Below, one piece after another: positions 40,967 to 50,903 of a DNA stretch of 64,000 nucleotides. The DNA is from Candidatus Omnitrophota bacterium (GTDB lineage: Bacteria > Omnitrophota > Gorgyraeia > Gygaellales > Profunditerraquicolaceae), in assembly GCA_043800555.1 (NCBI GenBank), contig JAZDMX010000003.1, positions 97,947-161,946 of the forward strand. Reading direction: 5' to 3'. The translations under genes were made by a program, and so were the position numbers. Positions within the stretch are counted from its first letter, which is position 1; each line of letters starts with the position of its first letter. Below the pieces are notes generated by a model that saw only the letters and a list, made by a program, of their open reading frames with translations, did not search any database and was not told the origin of the DNA.

Positions 40967-42438
40967 TGGAAGGTAAAGATATCATTTTGATTAATGTCGG
41001 CGGGACCAGAAAGAAGGTCTACCAGGATTTAAGCAAGGAATTTTCAGCTATCGATACGCCATTTTGGCTGGCACTTACCGCCGGTTACTTAATAAAGAAG
41101 GGGTTCTCGGTAAGCGTTTTGGACGCCAACGCCGAAAATATCGATTTTGATGAGACGGTCAGAAGGATCGAATCCGTTAACCCCCGCTACATCGCAATCA
41201 TTTGTTATAGCCAGCAGGCTAATGTCAGCACCCCGATAATGGTTGGCGTTGGCCATTTATGCCGGCTGATTAAGGAGAAGATTAAGGGCCGGAATTTGAT
41301 ACTTACCGGCTGGCACCCCTCGGCCCTTGCGCAACGGACGCTACAAGAAGAGGCCTGTGATTTTGTCGCTCAAGGAGAAGGGTTTTACACGCTGGAGGGC
41401 CTTCTCTCCGGAGATCCTTTTGATAATATAGCCGGTTTATGGTGGAAAGATGAGGGAGTGGCTAAGCATAATTTAGCCCCCAGGAATATCCGGAATTTAA
41501 GCGAAGAATTGAATGAGGTTGCCTGGGATTTGCTCCCAATGGATAAATATCGGGCATTCAGCTGGATGTGCTTAAGGGATTTTAGCGAGAGGGAGAAATT
41601 TGCCTCTATTTTCACAAGCCTGGGCTGCCCTTTTAAATGCAGTTTTTGTGCAATACATGCGACATACGGCGAGCATAAAATCAGATACTGGAACCCTGAA
41701 TGGGTCCTGAAGCAGATCGGTATCCTGGTAAAAAACTATGGCGTTAAGCATATTAATATCCATGATGAGCTCTTTGTCTTTAACCCAAAGCACTATCTGC
41801 CGATTGCCCAAGGCATTATTGAGCGGGGGTATTCGCTGAATATAAATGCATTCGCGCGGGTGGATGTATTGGATAAGATGAGCATCGATAATTTACGCGT
41901 TCTGAAAAAAGCGGGGTTCAATTGGTTAAAAATCGGCATTGAGACCGGCAATCGCCGCCTCCGGGCAGGCGTCGGTAAAGATAACTATGGGGAGGAAGTG
42001 GTGAGGCGGGTTATCAAAAAATCGCATGATAACGGCATTGATTTCTGCGCGAATTTTATGTTTGGCCTTCCCGGTGACGACTATGATTCGATGCAGGAGA
42101 CTTTGAATCTGGCGATAGATATGATGCCGGCCTTCCCGAGTTTTTTCGCCACAATGGCGATCCCGGGGTCGGATTTATACAGGGAGGCTTTAGCAAAAAG
42201 AATTCCTTTGCCGGATAACTGGCTAGGTTATGCTTCCCAGGGCTATGAGTTTATGCCTTTACCTACGGAAAAGCTCTCAGCCAGGCAGATACTGGAATTT
42301 AGGGACTACGCCTTCGACGCATATTTCAAGAACCCCAGGTATTTGAATATGATCGGAAATAAATTTGGGCCAAAAGCAAGAGCGCATATTGAGCAGATGA
42401 CGGCAATAAAACTCAAGCGCAAGCTATTGGGAGACTAA
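40966..42438 (+). CDS. Cobalamin-dependent radical SAM protein #2
   Basis: LDANAE, GWHPSAL, GEG; SLGCPFKCSFC; HDELF, GIETG, FMFGLPGD. Confidence 0.9.
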   Translation: MEGKDIILINVGGTRKKVYQDLSKEFSAIDTPFWLALTAGYLIKKGFSVSVLDANAENIDFDETVRRIESVNPRYIAIICYSQQANVSTPIMVGVGHLCRLIKEKIKGRNLILTGWHPSALAQRTLQEEACDFVAQGEGFYTLEGLLSGDPFDNIAGLWWKDEGVAKHNLAPRNIRNLSEELNEVAWDLLPMDKYRAFSWMCLRDFSEREKFASIFTSLGCPFKCSFCAIHATYGEHKIRYWNPEWVLKQIGILVKNYGVKHINIHDELFVFNPKHYLPIAQGIIERGYSLNINAFARVDVLDKMSIDNLRVLKKAGFNWLKIGIETGNRRLRAGVGKDNYGEEVVRRVIKKSHDNGIDFCANFMFGLPGDDYDSMQETLNLAIDMMPAFPSFFATMAIPGSDLYREALAKRIPLPDNWLGYASQGYEFMPLPTEKLSARQILEFRDYAFDAYFKNPRYLNMIGNKFGPKARAHIEQMTAIKLKRKLLGD

Positions 42439-42441
42439 CGA

Positions 42442-43212
42442 ATGGATTCTTTTTGTAGAGATATACGCGAGGATATCCTGCGGATATCGCAGCGCAGCGG
42501 GCATGGGCATATTCCAACTTGTTTCTCGGTAGTGGAAATGATTTATGCGGCTTATTCGGTAATGAGGCATAAGCCAACTGATCCGCAATGGAGCGAGCGC
42601 GATATTTTTATTTTAAGTAAAGGCCACGCAGCCCTGGCTCATTATTGCGTTTTGGCCCGTTTGGGCTATTTCCCGCTGAAGGATGTTTACAGTTTCGGGT
42701 CATTCAGCTCAAAATTTGGCTGCCATGCCGACCGGCTTAGGGTGCCCGGAGTTGAGATGTCCACGGGCTCGCTTGGGCACGGAAGCGGCGTGGCTGCCGG
42801 TATTGCCTTGGCGTTTAAAATGAACAAATCTCCGAGGAGGGTTTTTGTCCTGATCGGAGACGGCGAGTCTAACGAAGGCACGGTATGGGAGTCTTTAATG
42901 GTTGCCGCAAGCCTGAAATTAGACAATCTTTATATTTTATTTGATAACAACGAATCTCAGTCGCGGTGTTTACCGGTTACAAAGCCCCAAGATAAATTTA
43001 GGGCTTTTGATTGCGAAGTTGTCGAATTAAACGGCCATGATGTTTCAGCGCTTAAAGAAGCCATGAGTTTGCCGCCGCAAGGCAGGCCAAAGGTTATTAT
43101 TGCCAATACCGTAAAGGGGCGGGGTTGCAGGACCCTGGTTGAAAACGTCTTTGCCTGGCACCGGCGCAGCCCCTCAAAAGAAGAACTGGATTGTTTACTG
43201 AAAGAAATTTAA
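42442..43212 (+). CDS. Transketolase-like protein, N-terminal TPP-binding subunit
   Basis: GH, LSKGH, STGSLGHG, GDGESNEG..N, TVKG, WH. Confidence 0.9.
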   Translation: MDSFCRDIREDILRISQRSGHGHIPTCFSVVEMIYAAYSVMRHKPTDPQWSERDIFILSKGHAALAHYCVLARLGYFPLKDVYSFGSFSSKFGCHADRLRVPGVEMSTGSLGHGSGVAAGIALAFKMNKSPRRVFVLIGDGESNEGTVWESLMVAASLKLDNLYILFDNNESQSRCLPVTKPQDKFRAFDCEVVELNGHDVSALKEAMSLPPQGRPKVIIANTVKGRGCRTLVENVFAWHRRSPSKEELDCLLKEI

Positions 43213-44096
43213 TGAGAAAACATTTTAAAGAAACTCTTATTAAATTGGCTGAAAAGGATAAAAAGCTCCTGTTATTGCTTGGGGATATCAGCGTTTATCT
43301 TTTAAAGGATTTCTCTGCCCGTTTCCCGGGTCAATTTTATAATGCCGGTATCTGTGAGAACACCCTTATTTCGATGGCTGCGGGGTTAAGCTCGCAGGGG
43401 TTTCATCCGTTTGTGCATACCATTGCCCCGTTTATTACCGAAAGAAGTTACGAGCAGGTAAAGCTGGATATGTGTTATAACGGTTTTGGCGGCAATATTG
43501 CTTCTTGCGGAGGGTCATTTGATTATGCCTGGGATGGCGCAACGCACCATTGTTATACCGATCTGGAATTAATGCGCATGCTTCCGGGAATGGAGGTAAT
43601 GCAGCCGGGGAATAAAAAAGAGCTGGGCATCCTTATCGAATCGCAGTATGCCAACGCTAAGCCGTCGTATTTTAGGATACCGGCGGATGAGCATAAGCTT
43701 GATTTGACTGTGGAATTCGGCAAAGGCAATATTGTTATTCACAAGGATTCGGCAGTTTTAACAATCGCAACCGCAGGGCCTATCCTGCAAAATGTCTATG
43801 AAGCCTGTAAGGATTTGAGCGTAAATTTGCTCTATTTTCATACTATTAAGCCGCTGGATATAGAAATCCTGGCGCGCTACTCAAATACAAAAATCTTGGT
43901 CATTCATGATGCCTTCGGACTTTTTGAAGCAATCAGCGCTTCTTCCGAGGCAAAAGTAAAATATTTCGGGATTCCCGATAAATTCTGTTGTTATTATGGG
44001 ACGCTCGAAGACATAAGGAAAGAGCTGGGGCTGGATGTTGAAGGGATCAGGAAGGTTATTTTGCAAGAGCTGGAAGGGGTAAATCGTGGGAAATGA
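43212..44096 (+). CDS. Transketolase-like protein, C-terminal subunit
   Basis: NAGICE, EQVKLD, GATHH, IKPLD; TAATG overlap with N subunit. Confidence 0.88.
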   Translation: MRKHFKETLIKLAEKDKKLLLLLGDISVYLLKDFSARFPGQFYNAGICENTLISMAAGLSSQGFHPFVHTIAPFITERSYEQVKLDMCYNGFGGNIASCGGSFDYAWDGATHHCYTDLELMRMLPGMEVMQPGNKKELGILIESQYANAKPSYFRIPADEHKLDLTVEFGKGNIVIHKDSAVLTIATAGPILQNVYEACKDLSVNLLYFHTIKPLDIEILARYSNTKILVIHDAFGLFEAISASSEAKVKYFGIPDKFCCYYGTLEDIRKELGLDVEGIRKVILQELEGVNRGK

Positions 44097-45483
44097 GCTT
44101 TTATTGGTTTCCATCGCTTCGAACAGCCATCGCAATATCGGCTGCCTTTCGCTTTATGCGACAGCTGTTGATGCCGGAATATCTACCAACCTCATCTTTA
44201 TTCCCCGGGAGTCCGAATATAGCCAGGATGAATTTTGCGCTTTTTTGCAGAAGAACAACTTTAAGATAGTCGGTATTTCTTTGACGACAAGGGATTTTAA
44301 CTTCGCGCGCAAGATTACAGCGCATATCCGCGGGTCTTTACCGGGCGCCCATATCGTATGGGGGGGGATCCACCCTACCTCTAAGCCCCAAGAGTGCTTG
44401 CATTATGCCGATTCTGTCTGCCTGGGGGAAGCAGAGGTATCCTTAACCCAGCTAATCAAAGCATTAAGGAATAAGTCCGGCATATCGCATATCCCGGGGA
44501 TCGGGATAAAGGCAGGCGGGGCCGATACGATTAACCCGCCGCAGTTAATCAGCGACTTAAACCTGTTGCCGTTTCCCCGCTTTGATTTTAAGAATTTCTA
44601 CGTATTAGACGCCTGCGGGCTGCATTTATTTAGCCGCCAGGATTACGTTAAGTATTCCAGGCATAATGGCGATGGGTATGTTTTATTAAGCTCCAGGTCC
44701 TGCCCGCATCATTGTTCCTACTGCATAAATTCTTTCCTTAATAAACTTTATAACGGCAGTCCTGCAAGATTATACCGCAGGCGTTCCGTAGATAATGTTT
44801 TGGCTGAAATCAAGCACGCTTTAGCGACAATCCCCGGCATAGGTTTTGTTAATTTTATGGATGACCATTTCCTCACGGATAAGAAATGGACCGGAGAATT
44901 CTGCGAGAAATACGCGAGGTTAATTAATCTGCCCTTTATAATCAGGGCGACTCCGGTTGCGATTATAAATACGGAAATCCCGTTGTTAAAAAAGGCCGGG
45001 TTGCGCACAGTGCAAATGGGCATCCAATCGGGGAGCGAAAACACGCACAAGAATATTTTCCATCGGGCTTTTAACAAAGACGATGTTTTGCAGGCCGCCG
45101 GGATCTTAAATAGCAATAACCTTGTCTGCCTCTTTGATTTCATAATCGAGAACGATTTTGAAACGGATGAAGACCGCGATAAGACCATTGAATTGATGCT
45201 GCAGCTTCCTAAGCCGTATATAGCCAATATCTTCGCGATGACTGTTTTCCCGAAAACCGATTTGGAATCCATGTATAAAGAACGCAAGATGACCCCGAGG
45301 ATCGATCCCTACGCAAGCAATTATTTTGATTTCAAGAAGGAGGATTTTTATTATCAGCTGGCGAGCCTGATTCCTTTAATAGATGGAGCAGAAGCCAGAC
45401 GTATATTCCAAAACCGTAATGATAGTATAACCAGGGCATACTTGAAAGAGTTGTATTTAGAAAAAACGCGTTCAGATTCGTAA
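44086..45483 (+). CDS. Cobalamin-dependent radical SAM protein #3
   Basis: VGIS, WGGIHPT, GEAE; SRSCPHHCSYC; MDDHF, GIQSGS. Confidence 0.9.
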   Translation: MGNELLLVSIASNSHRNIGCLSLYATAVDAGISTNLIFIPRESEYSQDEFCAFLQKNNFKIVGISLTTRDFNFARKITAHIRGSLPGAHIVWGGIHPTSKPQECLHYADSVCLGEAEVSLTQLIKALRNKSGISHIPGIGIKAGGADTINPPQLISDLNLLPFPRFDFKNFYVLDACGLHLFSRQDYVKYSRHNGDGYVLLSSRSCPHHCSYCINSFLNKLYNGSPARLYRRRSVDNVLAEIKHALATIPGIGFVNFMDDHFLTDKKWTGEFCEKYARLINLPFIIRATPVAIINTEIPLLKKAGLRTVQMGIQSGSENTHKNIFHRAFNKDDVLQAAGILNSNNLVCLFDFIIENDFETDEDRDKTIELMLQLPKPYIANIFAMTVFPKTDLESMYKERKMTPRIDPYASNYFDFKKEDFYYQLASLIPLIDGAEARRIFQNRNDSITRAYLKELYLEKTRSDS

Positions 45484-45513
45484 GATAATATTAATTAAAT
45501 ATAAGGAGTTCAG

Positions 45514-46029
45514 ATGAAGGTAGCAGAAACAAATCTTAAGGGCGTGTTGATGATTCATCCGCCCACTGTTTTTGAAGATTTCCGGGGGTCTTACGTTGAG
45601 CTTTACAATAGCGGTCTTTATAGAGAATCCGGAATTAATGTTAATTTCATACAGGATGATATTTCGATTTCCACAAAACACGTCCTTAGGGGTATTCATG
45701 GGGATAATGAAACCTGGAAATTAATTTCTTGTCTTTACGGCGAATTTTATTTTGTTGTAGCCAATTGCGACAAAGAATCATCCGATTTCGGGAAGTGGCA
45801 GTCATTTACCCTCTCGGATAAGAACCATACCCAGATCCTTGTGCCGCCAAAATATGGGAATGCCCATCTTGTGCTAAGCGACAGGGCGGTTTTTCACTAT
45901 AAGCAGACAACTTATTATAATCCGTCTGGACAATTCACTTATAAATGGGATGATCCAGGCTTTAATATCCGCTGGCCGGTTAAGAATCCGATATTGTCTA
46001 AGCGGGATGAACTGGGCCATTTTGTTTAA
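45514..46029 (+). CDS. RmlC-like cupin epimerase (GDP-heptose epimerase Cj1430-like)
   Basis: DFRG, VLRGIHGD.TWKL.CLYGE, GNAHLVLS, WP..PILSKRD. Confidence 0.82.
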   Translation: MKVAETNLKGVLMIHPPTVFEDFRGSYVELYNSGLYRESGINVNFIQDDISISTKHVLRGIHGDNETWKLISCLYGEFYFVVANCDKESSDFGKWQSFTLSDKNHTQILVPPKYGNAHLVLSDRAVFHYKQTTYYNPSGQFTYKWDDPGFNIRWPVKNPILSKRDELGHFV

Positions 46030-46032
46030 AAA

Positions 46033-46956
46033 ATGTTGAATGATATAGCAATCAGGATGGCCAATAAAGATGATATCAGCGGAATTGTAGCGCTGCAAAA
46101 ACAAGTATATGGAGAATACAAAAGGGACGCGCCGTTTTTTATCTGGCAATGTTTCAAGAATATTAATCCATCTGTTTTGATAGTAGCCAAGAACAAGAAT
46201 TCTATTGTCGGAACATTGGGTATACAGAAGATCAAGACAACGGATAATTTATGCGGAGGCCAGCTCAGTTGGATCGTTGTTTCCAAACGCCAGCGCAGAA
46301 AAAGGATTTTTACAGAAATGAGCAGGCTTGCTTTAGAATGTATGCCGGGTTTGGATTTTATATTCATTTTTGCAAATAGCCAGGCCGTTGCCCCCTGCGA
46401 GAGTAAATTGGGGATGAGGTTTATCGGAAAGCTGAGCCAGCTGATTTCAAAGCCGCATAGCAAAGCTTATGCGGAATCTTATTTAGAGCCTATCAGCGCC
46501 GGGACAAGATTCCCGGTTGCCTTGCATGATAAAAAAGCAGTAACTTTTCAGCGGCCTGAGCGTTACCGGAGTTGGCGATATGCAAAGAATACGGTGCATA
46601 AATATTTTAAAGTTTTGATTTCGCCAAAAGAGTATGCGATTATTAAATTATTTAAAGAGCGAGGGGAAGTTCAAGTAACAGGAGATATTGTAGATTTTGA
46701 ATGCGATATCCAAAACAAAGGCCAGCTTAAAAAGCTTTTTCTCGCCGCTTCTTTTGAATTAATGAAAATGGGGGCAACAATGATTACTACCTGGGCTGTC
46801 CCCGGGACTAAATTACGCATTCTGTTGGAAGACATGGGTTTTAAAGAAAGCAATCATTGTTCTTTTTTCGGATTAAGAGTCCTTAATCCAGGTTATCACA
46901 GTTTATACAACTTTAAAGCATGGCATTTAGCGCAATCAGATGCCTCTAATTATTGA
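46033..46956 (+). CDS. GNAT-family acyltransferase (two-domain)
   Basis: IRMA..D, VVSKRQRRKRIF acyl-CoA loop, FAN..A, WRY. Confidence 0.7.
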   Translation: MLNDIAIRMANKDDISGIVALQKQVYGEYKRDAPFFIWQCFKNINPSVLIVAKNKNSIVGTLGIQKIKTTDNLCGGQLSWIVVSKRQRRKRIFTEMSRLALECMPGLDFIFIFANSQAVAPCESKLGMRFIGKLSQLISKPHSKAYAESYLEPISAGTRFPVALHDKKAVTFQRPERYRSWRYAKNTVHKYFKVLISPKEYAIIKLFKERGEVQVTGDIVDFECDIQNKGQLKKLFLAASFELMKMGATMITTWAVPGTKLRILLEDMGFKESNHCSFFGLRVLNPGYHSLYNFKAWHLAQSDASNY

Positions 46957-46989
46957 TTTAAGTGTTTGTTTTTAATTATGGAGGAATAA

Positions 46990-48024
46990 GTGAAAGACAT
47001 AAAACAATCTATGGAGAAAGCCCTTATTGAGCAGGGATGGATATTCGGCGATAAAGCTACGCGAATCGGCTCACCGTTTGTTTGGGCAGAAAATGAGCAT
47101 AAAAATAATATCCTTAATCTGGAAGGGTTGTATGCGATAGGCTTTTATTTCTCAATGTGGTATGTCGTAAAAAGAACTCCGCGAGAACTGATGATCCATA
47201 ACCATGAAAAAGTCAGCAATTATATGATTTCTGAGATTACGCGTTCTTTCAGGCATTTTTTCCCTTTCCTGAAATTAACGAAAGATTGGAATAGCCATAT
47301 AGAGGCGCAGGCCTTAGCCAGAAGCCAGGATTATTTCTTTCTGAAGAAATTCTGTGAAATCCTGCCAAGTAAGCCGCATCATATTGATATCGGCCCGGGG
47401 CTGGGATGCGCTGCTATCGCTAGTATAAAATTTCTTAACTCTTTCTTTTACGCGCTTGAAGCAAGCCCGATGAGCTATGCGGTCCAGAGGCACTATTTCA
47501 GGTTTCTTTCTCCTGTCCCCGGAGCTTATCTTGACGTTATAGAATGTGAGAATTATCAGCTTCCTGCCGGGGAAATAATGCAAGAGATAAATAAGAACGG
47601 TTACAGAATCAAACACATCCCTTCATGGAGATTCCCCTGGTTGCTTGATGGGTCAATGGATATCTTGTCTGCTACCTTTGTTTTAAATGAACTTAATTAT
47701 TCAGGTATTTTCTGGATTCTATCGAATGCCTCGAGAGTTATCAAAAAAGGAGGATACTTTTATATTCGTGATAGTGAGATTTTAAAGCCAGGAACTCATA
47801 CAGTTGAATACGATAAGGTGCTTCTAAAGATTGGTTTTGAAAAAGTAAGCGAGCTAAGGTTTGAAAACAGGCATATATATTTTGGTATCCCCAGGCTATA
47901 TCGGAAAATTAATTCAAAAGCAGTTTCTTTTGAAGAGATTGTTGGCATGTGCCTGGGGAAATACGCTTCAGTGGCTGCGGGAAGTGATTTGGCATATAAT
48001 CTCGACAAGATGCCGAAATTGTAG
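46990..48024 (+). CDS. Putative SAM-dependent (sugar O-) methyltransferase
   Basis: IDIGPGLG motif I, DILSATFVLNEL, KKGGYFYIRD; GGAGG RBS, GTG start. Confidence 0.7.
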   Translation: MKDIKQSMEKALIEQGWIFGDKATRIGSPFVWAENEHKNNILNLEGLYAIGFYFSMWYVVKRTPRELMIHNHEKVSNYMISEITRSFRHFFPFLKLTKDWNSHIEAQALARSQDYFFLKKFCEILPSKPHHIDIGPGLGCAAIASIKFLNSFFYALEASPMSYAVQRHYFRFLSPVPGAYLDVIECENYQLPAGEIMQEINKNGYRIKHIPSWRFPWLLDGSMDILSATFVLNELNYSGIFWILSNASRVIKKGGYFYIRDSEILKPGTHTVEYDKVLLKIGFEKVSELRFENRHIYFGIPRLYRKINSKAVSFEEIVGMCLGKYASVAAGSDLAYNLDKMPKL

Positions 48025-48078
48025 TTTTAATTAAAGCGTAGTTGTCTTAGGCGTTATAAGACTTAAGGAGATTATCAT

Positions 48079-49077
48079 ATGGTTATCGTCAGAACCCCCT
48101 TTCGTATTTCATTCTTTGGCGGGGGGACAGATTACCCTTCCTGGTATAAGGAAAATGGCGGGATGGTTTTAAGCACCACTATAAATAAATATTGTTATAT
48201 CAGCTGCAGGTATCTTCCGCCTTTTTTTAACTATAAATATCGCATAAGATATGTCAAGCGGGAAGAAACGCAGGATATCTCCCAGATTGAACATCCTTCG
48301 GTTAGGGAATGCCTGAAGTTTATGAATATCGGTTCCGGAATTGAAATGGTCCATACCAGCGACATTCCGGCAAGATCAGGGGTCGGTTCAAGTTCGGCAT
48401 TTACAGTAGGATTTTTACAGGCCTTAAATGCCTTAAAAGGGAAAATGATTACCAAAAGGCAATTGGCGCGTGATGCGATCCATGTGGAGCATAACTTGAT
48501 TAAGGAAAATATAGGCGCCCAGGATCAGGTTGCGGTTGCTTTTGGCGGCCTTAACAAGATTGATTTTAGCGGGGATAATGAATTCTACGTTAATCCGCTT
48601 ACAATATCTAAAGAAAGAGCAGATCTATTACAGGGCCATTTAATGTTATTTTTTACCGGGTTTTATCGTAATGCTTCAGATATCGCAGAAGAGCAAATTA
48701 AAAATACTCCGGCATTAAAAAAAGAGCTCCATGAAATGAAGGGGATGGTGAGTGAGGCGGTTGAGATACTTAATGGCGACTCCGGAGATATTGAAGAATT
48801 CGGAAAGCTATTGCATGAATCATGGAAGATCAAACGCAGCCTGACATCTATGATTTCTACCCCTGAAATAGACGCTATTTATGGGGCTGCTTGTAAATCT
48901 GGGGCCCTTGGAGGCAAGTTACTGGGTGCCGGAGGCGGGGGTTTTATTCTTTTATTCGCCAAGCCAGAAGCGCAATCGAAGATAAAAGAAAAGCTGAAAA
49001 ATATCCTTCATGTGCCTTTTTCTTTTGAGAAGCTCGGAAGCCAGGTTATTATGTATTCTACCCAAGATTTTTATTAA
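48079..49077 (+). CDS. hddA: D-glycero-alpha-D-manno-heptose-7-phosphate kinase (GHMP)
   Basis: RTPFRISFFGGGTD, PARSGVGSSS, QDQ, GGKLLGAGGGG. Confidence 0.85.
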   Translation: MVIVRTPFRISFFGGGTDYPSWYKENGGMVLSTTINKYCYISCRYLPPFFNYKYRIRYVKREETQDISQIEHPSVRECLKFMNIGSGIEMVHTSDIPARSGVGSSSAFTVGFLQALNALKGKMITKRQLARDAIHVEHNLIKENIGAQDQVAVAFGGLNKIDFSGDNEFYVNPLTISKERADLLQGHLMLFFTGFYRNASDIAEEQIKNTPALKKELHEMKGMVSEAVEILNGDSGDIEEFGKLLHESWKIKRSLTSMISTPEIDAIYGAACKSGALGGKLLGAGGGGFILLFAKPEAQSKIKEKLKNILHVPFSFEKLGSQVIMYSTQDFY

Positions 49078-49092
49078 AACATACCTGCCATT

Positions 49093-49797
49093 ATGATAGA
49101 TACCGATGTTTTTATTCTTTGCGGAGGGAGGGGAAAAAGGTTAAGAGGTATTTCCGGGCCTAAACCAAAATCGATGATGCTGATTAATAAAAGACCGCTT
49201 CTTGATTTATTGATTGATTGTTTTGCGAAGTTTGGGTTCAAGCGTATTATTTTAGGGCTGGGTTATAAAGCAAATTATATAAAGGATTACTACCGGGATA
49301 ATTTACCCAAAGGTATAGAAATTTGTTTTTCCACAGAGGCTAAGCCCCTGGGGACCGGGGGGGCGTTAAAAAAAGCAGGAAAACTTATAAAAAGCGGTAA
49401 TTTCTTTGTTTTAAACGGAGATTCTTTGTCTAAATTTAACCCCTTAAAGATGTTGAGATACCACGATAAGAAGAATGCGCAAGTTACTGTTTTATTAAAG
49501 AAAATGGATAAGGCAAGCCAATACGGCCGGGTGGAGCTGGATAGAAATCGGCGGATTGTAAGTTATGATGAAAAGATAAAAAGAAGCGGTAGATGCTTCA
49601 TAAATGCGGGAGTATATATATTTAATAAGAAAATATTGGATTTAATGCCGGCTAAGAAGGGGTTTTCCTTGGAGTATGATTTTTTCCCTTCAATATTAGG
49701 CGAGGGAGTATTTGGCTTCAAGTATTCGGGTTCGTTTATTGATATCGGCACTCCCGATAGGTATAGAAAGGCGCAAAGGTCATGGCGGGTCAGCTAG
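49093..49797 (+). CDS. hddC: Heptose-1-phosphate guanylyltransferase-like nucleotidyltransferase
   Basis: LCGGRGKRL, PKPK, PLGTGGAL, LNGDS, INAGVY, FIDIGTP; follows hddA. Confidence 0.75.
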   Translation: MIDTDVFILCGGRGKRLRGISGPKPKSMMLINKRPLLDLLIDCFAKFGFKRIILGLGYKANYIKDYYRDNLPKGIEICFSTEAKPLGTGGALKKAGKLIKSGNFFVLNGDSLSKFNPLKMLRYHDKKNAQVTVLLKKMDKASQYGRVELDRNRRIVSYDEKIKRSGRCFINAGVYIFNKKILDLMPAKKGFSLEYDFFPSILGEGVFGFKYSGSFIDIGTPDRYRKAQRSWRVS

Positions 49798-50903
49798 TAA
49801 GCATAATAATACCCACAATGAACCGTTCTGACTTTCTGATCAGGGCATTGAATTATTATAGGTCAGTTGGTTTTAAGGGCTATATCTGTATAGGCGATTC
49901 CAGTTATGGCGAGCATTCCCGGATTATAACCGATTTTATTAAAGAGATAGGGAGCGATTTAAATATAATTTATAAATATTACAGTAACCCGCCTTATTAT
50001 AATGACGCTATTTGCGTTAAAGATCTCCTGGAACTTGTAGTCACCCCGTATGCCGTGGAGAGCGGGGATGATGATTTTCTTGTCCCCTCGGCTTTAGAAA
50101 AGTGCGCAAGTTTTCTGCAGGAAAACCCTGATTACGGCTCGGCCCATGGTTTAAGGGTGGCGCTCAGGTTGGAAGGGGATAGCGTTTATGGCAAGGCAGT
50201 CCAGGCCCATAACTGCCATCAGCTTGCTTTAAGTTCGCCCCGGGCATGCGATCGATGGTCTGCCTATATGAGGCATCCGGTTTCTAATTTATATTCAGTC
50301 CATAGGATTGGGGCCTTGCGTAATATTTATAAGCATCCGGCTTCGTTGAATATGCGTTATATCGGAACCGAGATAACTACGGTAGGATTGTCCGTTATTT
50401 GCGGGAAGGTAAAAGAAATCGATTGCCTCTCTACCGTGTTTCAGGTTAACCGGAATAATTCTCTGGCGAATTATAGTTTTTATTCTTATCTTATGGATCC
50501 GGGTTGGTCTGAGGGGGCAGGAAACCTCAAGAGGATAATTACTGCCGCTTTGAAAGATGCCGATGGAATCAGCCAGCAAAAGGCGCAAGAGATATTCGAC
50601 CGTGAATTCTGGAGGTTTATCTTAAACAGCTTGCATTGGGATTACAAAACTAGGTATAAAGACCTGCCTTACGAGAACCCTTTTATCAAGGCAGCTAAAA
50701 AATGCTTGAGCAAGATCCCGGGTTTTATTCGTATGGCAAACTACCTGATCGGGAAGGTTTTAAGCCATAAAAATAAAAATAATCTGGGCTCGGTCAAGAG
50801 CCTTTCTTTGGGCGAGTTGTTAAATGCAAGGTCGGAAATATCCAGGGATTTTCTTAAGGTTTATAGTATTATCCAGGGTAAATTCCGTCCGGGGGTAAAA
50901 TAA
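49782..50903 (+). CDS. GT2-like glycosyltransferase (TIGR00180-like)
   Basis: SIIIPTMNR..L.R.L.YY, IGDSS, GDDDF, YSVHR. Confidence 0.78.
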   Translation: MAGQLVSIIIPTMNRSDFLIRALNYYRSVGFKGYICIGDSSYGEHSRIITDFIKEIGSDLNIIYKYYSNPPYYNDAICVKDLLELVVTPYAVESGDDDFLVPSALEKCASFLQENPDYGSAHGLRVALRLEGDSVYGKAVQAHNCHQLALSSPRACDRWSAYMRHPVSNLYSVHRIGALRNIYKHPASLNMRYIGTEITTVGLSVICGKVKEIDCLSTVFQVNRNNSLANYSFYSYLMDPGWSEGAGNLKRIITAALKDADGISQQKAQEIFDREFWRFILNSLHWDYKTRYKDLPYENPFIKAAKKCLSKIPGFIRMANYLIGKVLSHKNKNNLGSVKSLSLGELLNARSEISRDFLKVYSIIQGKFRPGVK

